62,961 nucleotides of DNA, taken from NCBI GenBank assembly GCA_041301185.1, contig JBFYSV010000198.1:1-62961 (forward strand), written 5' to 3'. This document shows, piece by piece, positions 46,164 to 53,868 of this stretch. Source of the DNA: Anaerolineae bacterium. GTDB taxonomy: Bacteria > Chloroflexota > Anaerolineae > Anaerolineales > UBA4823. The first letter of the stretch is position 1. Each line of letters opens with the position of its first letter. The notes under the pieces are model-generated. The model saw only the letters and a list, made by a program, of their open reading frames with translations. It did not search any database and had not been told where the DNA came from. The position numbers and the translations under genes are program-made.

Positions 46164-47296
46164 TCATACCCGAAGATTACGCAAAAAGCATGCTGGCGAG
46201 ATATGGTCTGGTTACACCGCGCGGTCGTCCGGCCGAATCGACCGAAGAAGTCGCCCTGATTGCCCAGGAGTTGGGCGGGCAATGCGTTGTTAAAGCGCTC
46301 ATCCCCACTGGCGGGCGCGGCAAGGCCGGCGGCGTCAAGCTGTGCCAGTCGGTGGAACAGGCACAGCAAGCCGCGAGGGAGCTCCTCGGTCAGCAACTGC
46401 TGGGACATACCGTAAAGAGAGTGCTGGTTGAGGAGATTGTCCCCCTGGCGGGAGAGATCTACGCCGGGGTGGTTGTCAACACAGCCACCGACCAAATCGA
46501 CCTGGTATTGAGCCTCGCCGGTGGTGTGGAGATCGAAAACACCGCTCGAGACAACCGGCACAGTGTGTACCACTTATCACTCCAGCCAGGCGACTTGCTG
46601 CCGGTACACCGGGTAAGCCGCTGGTTGGGTGAGAACAAATTAGACCCAGCCCGAGTGCCTGACCTGGCTCACACGCTGGTTGCCCTTTACCGTGCGGCTG
46701 CCGATCTGGATGCCATCCTCCTGGAGATCAACCCTTTGGCGATCGGGCAAGATGGACGCCTGATCCTCTTAGATGCCAAGCTGGAAGTGGACGATAACGC
46801 CCTATCCCGGCACCCCGAGTTGAACAGCTTCTTTATCGCCTCGCTCAGCCCACGCGAGCTGCGCGCCCGCAAGCTGGGCGTCTCATATGTACCTCTGGAT
46901 GGCGATATCGGTGTGATCACCAGCGGTGCAGGATTGGGGATGGCAACCCTGGATTTGCTGCAGCACAGAGGCCTTTCGCCGGCGAATTTCCTGGACACAG
47001 GCGGCGGCATCTCGGAAGATATGGTCAAGGGTGCGGTTGAGCTGATCCTGGAGCCATCTCACATCAAAGGCGCGATCATCAACCTGTACGGCGGGATCAA
47101 CCGCATGCTCGAAGCTGCAAAAGGGATCATTGCCGCCCTGGAGAATATCCCCGGCGATCGACCGCTGGTGGTGAAAATCCTTGGTAACCAGCAAGAAGAG
47201 GCCTGGGAGTTGTTGGAGCCTGTGTCAAATGTACATGTGATCCGCCAGGTACAGACTGAGACTGCCGTAGACCTTCTGGCAGGATTGTTGAATTGA
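46160..47296 (+). CDS. ADP-forming acyl-CoA synthetase beta subunit (SucC-like, divergent)
   Basis: GGRGKAGGVK, EINPL, LDAK...DDNA..RHP, GAGLGMAT.D, ANFLD.GGG. Confidence 0.88.
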   Translation: MIIPEDYAKSMLARYGLVTPRGRPAESTEEVALIAQELGGQCVVKALIPTGGRGKAGGVKLCQSVEQAQQAARELLGQQLLGHTVKRVLVEEIVPLAGEIYAGVVVNTATDQIDLVLSLAGGVEIENTARDNRHSVYHLSLQPGDLLPVHRVSRWLGENKLDPARVPDLAHTLVALYRAAADLDAILLEINPLAIGQDGRLILLDAKLEVDDNALSRHPELNSFFIASLSPRELRARKLGVSYVPLDGDIGVITSGAGLGMATLDLLQHRGLSPANFLDTGGGISEDMVKGAVELILEPSHIKGAIINLYGGINRMLEAAKGIIAALENIPGDRPLVVKILGNQQEEAWELLEPVSNVHVIRQVQTETAVDLLAGLLN

Positions 47297-48177
47297 TAGA
47301 TTCTATGCAAACATTATTATTGAATCACCAAACTCGCGCCGTGGTGCAAGGCATCACCGGAAAAGTTGGCCAGGCACAAACTCACTGGATGCTCAAAGCC
47401 GGTACTCCCCTGGTGGCGGGCGTGACCCCCGGGAGAGGAGGGCAGGTCGTCGAGGGGCTGCCAGTGTACGACACAGTGGCTGAAGCAGTCGCTCAGCAGC
47501 AGGCAAACGCCTCGGTGATCTTTGTCCCCGCTCCTTTCGCCCGTGAGGCTGCTTTTGAGGCGATTGATGCGGGTCTCCAGCTGGTGGTCATCGTGACCGA
47601 ACATATACCCATGCGCGACACCATGGAGATCAAAGCCCGCTCCCAGCTAGCAGGCGCCACGGTGATCGGTCCCAACTGCCCCGGAATATTCATCCCCTCA
47701 GTCGGCAAGCTGGGAATCATGCCAGAGAGCATCTTTCGCAAGGGCAATATCGGCGTCGTGGGGCGCAGCGCTACCCTATCCTACGAAGTCATCGCCAACC
47801 TGACCGATGCCGGTCTGGGTCAGACGGCTGCGATTGGGGTTGGCGGCGATCCGATTGTATGCACGGAGTTCAGAGAGGCGCTCAAGCTCTTCGAAGCTGA
47901 CGATCAAACCACGGGGGTAGTCCTGGTGGGAGAGATCGGCGGCTCCGCAGAGGAGCGCGCCGCAGAGTATATTGCCGGAATGAGCAAGCCGATAGTCGCA
48001 TTGATCGCGGGTAAGGCAGCCCCCCCTGGGAAGCGTTTTGGACATGCCGGCGCCATCATTCGCGCCGGTGGGGGTGGCGCGCAACACAAAATTGATATCT
48101 TGCGCCAGGCTGGCGTATCGATCGCTGCATCGCCTTCCCAGATCCCATCCCTTATGAAAGACCGGCTGCGCCATTAG
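47293..48177 (+). CDS. ADP-forming acyl-CoA synthetase alpha subunit (SucD-like, divergent)
   Basis: VQGITG, GVTPGRGG, GPNCPG, GEIGG, FGHAGA phospho-His motif; alternative ATG at 47305. Confidence 0.9.
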   Translation: MIDSMQTLLLNHQTRAVVQGITGKVGQAQTHWMLKAGTPLVAGVTPGRGGQVVEGLPVYDTVAEAVAQQQANASVIFVPAPFAREAAFEAIDAGLQLVVIVTEHIPMRDTMEIKARSQLAGATVIGPNCPGIFIPSVGKLGIMPESIFRKGNIGVVGRSATLSYEVIANLTDAGLGQTAAIGVGGDPIVCTEFREALKLFEADDQTTGVVLVGEIGGSAEERAAEYIAGMSKPIVALIAGKAAPPGKRFGHAGAIIRAGGGGAQHKIDILRQAGVSIAASPSQIPSLMKDRLRH

Positions 48178-48203
48178 CCAAACCCGGATAAAGGTAGATA
48201 TCC

Positions 48204-48536
48204 ATGTCAGACGGTCAACGCGGGGCAATCATCCAGGTGAAAGTCAAGCTGTTCGGTCACCTGAAACAGATCGCCCAACTGGCAGTCTTTGACATGGAAA
48301 GCCAGGCTGGTTCCAGCGTGTACGAAGTGATCCAGGCGATTGCCCAGCGGCTGGGGGATGATTTCCGAAAGGCACTCCTGGAGCAAAGCGGTAATCTGCA
48401 CGGCGGGATTGAGATTGTGCTCAACAGCGAGCACCTGCCTGCCAGGCGCATCCGTACGATTTATATTTCCGAGGATTGCGAGCTGTTCATTATGCCCATG
48501 ATCGAAGGTGGGTTGCAGTCCATCGAGCCAAAATAG
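48204..48536 (+). CDS. MoaD/ThiS ubiquitin-like protein with a C-terminal extension (GG-LQSIEPK)
   Basis: VKLFGHL...IVLN...LFIMPMIEGG. Confidence 0.8.
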   Translation: MSDGQRGAIIQVKVKLFGHLKQIAQLAVFDMESQAGSSVYEVIQAIAQRLGDDFRKALLEQSGNLHGGIEIVLNSEHLPARRIRTIYISEDCELFIMPMIEGGLQSIEPK

Positions 48537-48562
48537 ACGCAGACCTGTATAAAGAGGTCAAT

Positions 48563-50401
48563 ATGATAAAAAGCGGATATACAAAAAAATTGCTCCGGAT
48601 CAACCTAACAACCCGCGAGCACTCAGTCGAACCCATTGAACTACAGGAATATGAGCAATTCCTCGGCGGGCGGGGCACGGGGGCTGCCTGGTACTGGCGT
48701 GAAATCCCCCCCGAGATAGCTCCCCTGGAGGCTGCCAATAAACTAGGATTCTTCACCGGACCGATGACCGGCGCGCCCCTGGTTTCCACCACGAAATTCC
48801 AGTTGGCTACCAAAGGTCCTGAGACGGGGCGCTACCTGTGCTCCAACTCCAGCGGAAATTTCGGACCCCGCCTGCGCGAGGCCGGTTACGATGCCCTGAT
48901 ACTAGAAGGCGCATCTGAGCAGTGGACGGCGGTAGTGATTGAGAATGATGAAATCCGCTTCATTGATAATGCTGCCTGGCAGGGTCAGACTCCCATGCAA
49001 TCTCGCCAGAGGCTCCTCGACCAGTTGGAAGGCAAGAAATGGGCTACGATGAGCATCGGACCGGCTGCTGAAAACAAGGTGGTCTTCTCCTCGATCTTCG
49101 TAGATGATGGGCGCGCTTTCGGGCGCGGCGGCGGCGGTGCGGTGCTGGCTTCCAAGAGAGTCAAAGCGCTGGCAGTACGCGGCGACCAGCCGCTTCCGGT
49201 TGCCGATAAGCAGAAATGCAAAGAGATCGCCGACCTGGCGCGCAACGATTTGAAAACCTCGCGTGCCAAGCACCGCCAGTACGGAACTGCCCAACTGGTA
49301 GAAATTATCAATGCCCTGGGTTGCATCCCTACCCGCAACTTCCAAACCACCTGGGAATCGCCCGACCAGGTGCAGGGCGTGTATGCCCAGACTCTACACG
49401 ACCAGCATTACGTGCGCAACTACGCCTGCTACCGGTGCTCGGTCGCCTGCGGGCAGGTAGCTGAAGTGAAAGAAGGTGAATTTGCTGGAGCCTCCGCCAG
49501 GCCAGAGTACGAGAGCATTGGTCTGCTAGGTCCTTCTTGTGGCATTTACGACATGGCTGCGGTCATCGCGGCCAACCAGGTTTGTGACGACCTGGGAATG
49601 GATACGATAACCGCCGGGAACATGGTCGCCCTGGTCATGGAGCTGTATGAGCGCGGCCTGGTCTCGCCGGAAGAGAACGAAGGCCTGCTAGTGCGCTTCG
49701 GCGACGGGAAAGCCATGCTGGAGATGCTGCGCCTGATCGCCGAAAAGCGCGGTCTGGGGGCGGTGCTGGCAAGCGGCGCCCTGGGCGTCATCCAGGCGCA
49801 CCCGGAATGGGAGCCCTACCTGGTGCATTCAAAAGGCATGACCTTCCCCGCTTACGATCCGCGCGGCTTCAATGGGATGGGGCTGGCGTACGCCACCTCA
49901 TCCCGCGGCGCATGCCATAATGTCGGCGGCTACACCGTCAGCGATGAGCTGCTAAAGCCAAAATACGATCGCTTCGCCACTCAGGGCAAAGGTGAGCTGG
50001 TAAAGTCCTTGCAAGACAACCGCGCCTATATCGATAGCCTGGGGCTTTGCACGGTAGTGCGCGGGGCGTATAATTTCACTACCAACCCGGCGCCTGAGAC
50101 CTTGCTGGCGATCACCGGCTATGATTTTGCACCTCACCTGATGGAGATCGGCGAGCGGGTATCGAACCTGGAGCGGATGATCCTGGTGCGCGAGGGCGTC
50201 CAGCGCAGCGATGACAGCCTGCCACCGCGCATGATGGAAGCCATCCCCTCCGGCCCGGCTGCCGAGCATCTTATCAGCTACGAGATGCTCGACCAGATGC
50301 TAGACGATTACTACACCTTGCGCGGTTGGGATCCGAACGGGGTTCCTTTGCCAGCAACCCTGGAACGTCTGGGGCTTTTGGAATTGGTTATGCCGGCATG
50401 A
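48563..50401 (+). CDS. Aldehyde:ferredoxin oxidoreductase (AOR family), copy 2
   Basis: GAVLASK.VKAL, CYRCSVAC, PEYES, CDDLGMDTI, KG...PAYDPRG, RGACH, DSLGLC; start ATG 48563. Confidence 0.94.
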   Translation: MIKSGYTKKLLRINLTTREHSVEPIELQEYEQFLGGRGTGAAWYWREIPPEIAPLEAANKLGFFTGPMTGAPLVSTTKFQLATKGPETGRYLCSNSSGNFGPRLREAGYDALILEGASEQWTAVVIENDEIRFIDNAAWQGQTPMQSRQRLLDQLEGKKWATMSIGPAAENKVVFSSIFVDDGRAFGRGGGGAVLASKRVKALAVRGDQPLPVADKQKCKEIADLARNDLKTSRAKHRQYGTAQLVEIINALGCIPTRNFQTTWESPDQVQGVYAQTLHDQHYVRNYACYRCSVACGQVAEVKEGEFAGASARPEYESIGLLGPSCGIYDMAAVIAANQVCDDLGMDTITAGNMVALVMELYERGLVSPEENEGLLVRFGDGKAMLEMLRLIAEKRGLGAVLASGALGVIQAHPEWEPYLVHSKGMTFPAYDPRGFNGMGLAYATSSRGACHNVGGYTVSDELLKPKYDRFATQGKGELVKSLQDNRAYIDSLGLCTVVRGAYNFTTNPAPETLLAITGYDFAPHLMEIGERVSNLERMILVREGVQRSDDSLPPRMMEAIPSGPAAEHLISYEMLDQMLDDYYTLRGWDPNGVPLPATLERLGLLELVMPA

Positions 50402-50652
50402 TAACCCTAAACCTCAGGTTGTTAGGTGGGTTGCACCAGGGAAAGATAGCCTCTCCGATGGTATTGAATTTACCAGACGGGGCAAGCATTCAAGATCTGG
50501 AGACCGAACTAAAAGAATTGGGCATCCATCCAGATTCACCTGAGGTAATCATCAGTCTATCGGGCAAGGGGCTGCGCCAGTATCCTGCTGGGCATTTGTT
50601 GCAGGGCGGTGAAGAGCTGATCGTATTTCCCAACATTTCCGGAGGGTTGTGA
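50398..50652 (+). CDS. MoaD/ThiS ubiquitin-like protein ending GG-L
   Basis: LRLLGGL...LQGGEELIVFPNISGGL; ATGA overlap with the AOR2 stop. Confidence 0.8.
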   Translation: MITLNLRLLGGLHQGKIASPMVLNLPDGASIQDLETELKELGIHPDSPEVIISLSGKGLRQYPAGHLLQGGEELIVFPNISGGL

Positions 50653-50703
50653 GCGGATTGCTTTGATACAATTCCTTTAAACGATGATCAGGGAGCTGCA
50701 GGC

Positions 50704-51483
50704 ATGGTGAACAATAATTTTACAGACATATCTGCCAGTGATATCGATAAGGATCTGCCGATCCCGTATCACTACCAGCTGCGCGAGCTGCTGCGAGATG
50801 AGATCACCTCTGGTCACTGGGATGTGGGCGAGCGCCTTCCCAGCGAGCGCGAGCTGTGCGATGCATTTAATCTCAGCCGCACAACCATCCGGGAGGCGAT
50901 CGACGCGCTGGTAAGCGAGGGCTTATTGCGCCGCGAGAAAGGCCGGGGGACGTTTGTCTCCGAGCCAAAAATCACGGAAAAATGGTTGGGAGCACCGGAT
51001 AGCTTTACCGATTCGATGGTGGAACAAGGCTACCATATCGAAACCAAAGTGCTCACCCTTTCGATAGTCCCAGCACCGCACCGCGTTGCCCGCGAGCTGC
51101 GCTTACGATCCGAAGAGCCAGTGATTGTTCTTGACCGCCTGCGCCTGATCTTGAATGAACCAATCCTTGTAGTTACCTCGTACATCTCTGAGAAACACTG
51201 CCCCGGATTGGTAATGGAGGACTTTACCAGCCACTCGCTGTACCAGCTGTTTCGCGAAAAATACAATATCCATCTGGGGCGCGCCAAACGGGTGATGGAA
51301 GCCGTAGCCGCCGACGACCTGGAGGCCAGCCTGTTAAATGTCAGGCCAGGGGCACCCTTGCTGCTGATCGAGAGCACAGCCTACCTGGAAGACGGTACCC
51401 CGATTGAATATTTCAAAGCCCGCCACCGCGGCGACCGCACCCGGTTCCAGGTGGATTCATTCAAGTCACTCCTAACACGATAA
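50704..51483 (+). CDS. GntR-family regulator, HutC subfamily (UTRA domain)
   Basis: PYHYQL, LPSERELC..F.LSRTTIREA, GRGTFV, SLYQL, RGDR. Confidence 0.94.
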   Translation: MVNNNFTDISASDIDKDLPIPYHYQLRELLRDEITSGHWDVGERLPSERELCDAFNLSRTTIREAIDALVSEGLLRREKGRGTFVSEPKITEKWLGAPDSFTDSMVEQGYHIETKVLTLSIVPAPHRVARELRLRSEEPVIVLDRLRLILNEPILVVTSYISEKHCPGLVMEDFTSHSLYQLFREKYNIHLGRAKRVMEAVAADDLEASLLNVRPGAPLLLIESTAYLEDGTPIEYFKARHRGDRTRFQVDSFKSLLTR

Positions 51484-51542
51484 TTGGGTATCCTTCCCCA
51501 ACATCCAACTGAAGACATTCAACAAATCAAGGAGGTGCATGG

Positions 51543-53066
51543 ATGGCAGGTCAATATCTCATGGGGATAGACATCGGTACGCAAAGCACGCGCGCCGCAA
51601 TACTCGACCTGGACGGAAAAGTGGTCGCCAGCGCGAGCACTGCGCAGGATATGCAGACCCCTCGACCGGGATGGGCTGAGCAAGACCCGCAAATCTGGTG
51701 GGATAGCACCCTGGTCAATATCCGCAAGGCAATCCAACTATCTGGCATCTCGCCCAAAGAAATTCTGGGTATCGGGGTGAGCGGACAGATGCATGGTTGC
51801 GTATCGATCGATGAGAAAGGCGAGCTGCTTAGCCATGGCGTGCAGCTGTGGTGCGATAAACGCAGCGCTGACCTGGTGGAGGAATTCAAAAAGCGACCCG
51901 AAGCCGCAGATGGCTACCGTATTGCGGGCAGCCCGCCGGTAGCGAACTGGTTTGGTTTCAAGATCAAGTGGGTTCAGGTGTACGAGCCGCATGTCTACCA
52001 GAATGCCTGGAAGTTCTTTCTGCCCAAGGACTACATCAACTATAAGCTGAGTGGAGCGGTTGCAACCGATCATACCGAGGCGTCGGGCGCTTTCCTGATG
52101 GACGCCCGCAGCGAAGACTGGTCGCCTGTGCTGGTTGACCAGGTGGGAATTAATGCTGGGCTGCTTCCCCCCATCCATGCCAGCTCGGATGTGATTGGGT
52201 ATGTGACGGATGAGGTCGCCGCGCTGACCGGGCTGGCAGCCGGAACCCCGGTGGTGGCTGGCGCAGGCGATATGCTCTGCATGCTGCTGGCAGCCGGCAT
52301 CACCCGTCCGGGCAACGCTTCTGACGTTACCGGCACCTCATCGATTTTCTCTGTGTTCACCGAAGAGCCGGTTTTCGATGTCCGCCTGATGAACCTGCAC
52401 CACGTCATGCCCGGCTGGATTCCCTTTGGGATTATTGACTCGGGCGGTGGCTCATTGAAATGGTTCAAGGATTCGTTCTGCCAGAGTGAAGTCGAAGAAG
52501 CGCAGAAAACCGGGGTGCAGGTGTACGATATCCTCAATGCCCTGGCAGCCAGAGTCGAGCCAGGCGGCGAAGGGCTGCTGTATTATCCTTACCTGATGGG
52601 CGAGCGCACCCTGGGCACGCCCTACGCCAGAGGCGTGTTCTTCGGCGTCACGCCCCGCACCGGCAAAGGGGCGATGGTGAGAGCCATCATGGAAGGCATC
52701 ACCCTGGAGCTGCGCCGGACAATGGAGATTGTAGAGAATGCCGGTCACGAGGTTGGGGTAATCTACCACAGCGGCGGCGGAGCCTACAGCGATGTCTGGT
52801 CACAGATCAAGGCAGATATCTACCAGAAGAAGGTAGCGACTTTCGAGACCTCCGAGGGCGGTATCCTGGGATCTGCCATCCTGGCGGGCGTCGGTGCCGG
52901 CGTTTATGAAAACCCGGCTGCCGGGGTCGAGCATTGCCTGCGGGTGGCAAAAGAATTCATGCCCAACAAGGAGCTGCGTCCTCGCTACGATGATCTCTTT
53001 GAGCTTTTCAAAGATCTCCATGACCGACTGCAGGAGCCTTTTAACCGGCTGCCTGCTATCCCCTGA
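51543..53066 (+). CDS. FGGY carbohydrate kinase (xylulokinase-like)
   Basis: GIDIGTQSTR, SGQMHG, PKDYI...L.G, PYLMGERT, RAIMEG; GDMLC differs from the XylB GDNAA. Confidence 0.88.
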   Translation: MAGQYLMGIDIGTQSTRAAILDLDGKVVASASTAQDMQTPRPGWAEQDPQIWWDSTLVNIRKAIQLSGISPKEILGIGVSGQMHGCVSIDEKGELLSHGVQLWCDKRSADLVEEFKKRPEAADGYRIAGSPPVANWFGFKIKWVQVYEPHVYQNAWKFFLPKDYINYKLSGAVATDHTEASGAFLMDARSEDWSPVLVDQVGINAGLLPPIHASSDVIGYVTDEVAALTGLAAGTPVVAGAGDMLCMLLAAGITRPGNASDVTGTSSIFSVFTEEPVFDVRLMNLHHVMPGWIPFGIIDSGGGSLKWFKDSFCQSEVEEAQKTGVQVYDILNALAARVEPGGEGLLYYPYLMGERTLGTPYARGVFFGVTPRTGKGAMVRAIMEGITLELRRTMEIVENAGHEVGVIYHSGGGAYSDVWSQIKADIYQKKVATFETSEGGILGSAILAGVGAGVYENPAAGVEHCLRVAKEFMPNKELRPRYDDLFELFKDLHDRLQEPFNRLPAIP

Positions 53067-53072
53067 TAACCC

Positions 53073-53801
53073 ATGACTGAAACCGTTCAATTATTTGCAA
53101 CCTGTATCCTGGACACCATTTACCCAGAAACCGGCGATGCTGTGGTGCGCGTGCTGGAGCGGGCTGGCGTCAAGGTGGAATTTCCCGCCGGACAAACCTG
53201 CTGCGGGCAACCAGCTTTTAATGGTGGCATGCGCTCGCTGGCTCGCCAGATGGCAATCCATACCATCCAGGTATTTGAACCCGCACCCGGTCCAGTGGTG
53301 GTCCCTTCCGGTTCTTGCGCCGCCATGATCCGCCATAGCTACCTGGAGCTATTCGCCGATGACCCCGTCTGGCTGCCGAGAGCCAGGGCGCTGGCTGCCC
53401 GCACCTATGAGTTCAGTGAATTTCTGGTGGACTATATGGGAGTGATCGATGTAGGAGCCAGGTTCCCGGGTAAGATCACCTATCACTCGTCGTGCCATCT
53501 TTTGCGCGAGCTTGGCGTCGACCGCCAGCCGCGCCTATTGCTGCAAGCCGTCAAAGATGCTCAATTTGTAGAGTTGGCAGAAACAACAGAGTGCTGTGGC
53601 TTTGGCGGTGTCTTCTCGGTTGAACACGGCGAGATTTCCGCGGCCATGCTGGAGCGCAAACTAGCCAATCTTGAAGACAGCCAGGCGCCGGTGGTTGTCT
53701 CCTGCGACGCCGGTTGCATCACCAACATCAACGGCGGCTTGCACCGCAAAAAGATGCCTCAAAAGGCGCTGCACATCGCCGATATCCTGGGCAGCACGTA
53801 A
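53073..53801 (+). CDS. lutA: Lactate-utilisation protein A (CCG-domain Fe-S protein)
   Basis: QTCCGQPAFNGG, PSGSC, YHSSCH, CCGFGG.FS, D.GC. Confidence 0.9.
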   Translation: MTETVQLFATCILDTIYPETGDAVVRVLERAGVKVEFPAGQTCCGQPAFNGGMRSLARQMAIHTIQVFEPAPGPVVVPSGSCAAMIRHSYLELFADDPVWLPRARALAARTYEFSEFLVDYMGVIDVGARFPGKITYHSSCHLLRELGVDRQPRLLLQAVKDAQFVELAETTECCGFGGVFSVEHGEISAAMLERKLANLEDSQAPVVVSCDAGCITNINGGLHRKKMPQKALHIADILGST

Positions 53802-53868
53802 TCTTATACGGGCTGGTGAACTTATTTCCAGGACACCGTCCCCCACTACCTGAGACCCGGACTTACCT

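Noticed and set aside
43401-48177. Labelling korDABG and sucCD as housekeeping TCA genes
   Set aside because: Embedded in a regulated catabolic operon and the SucCD motifs diverge, so gene symbols were withheld.
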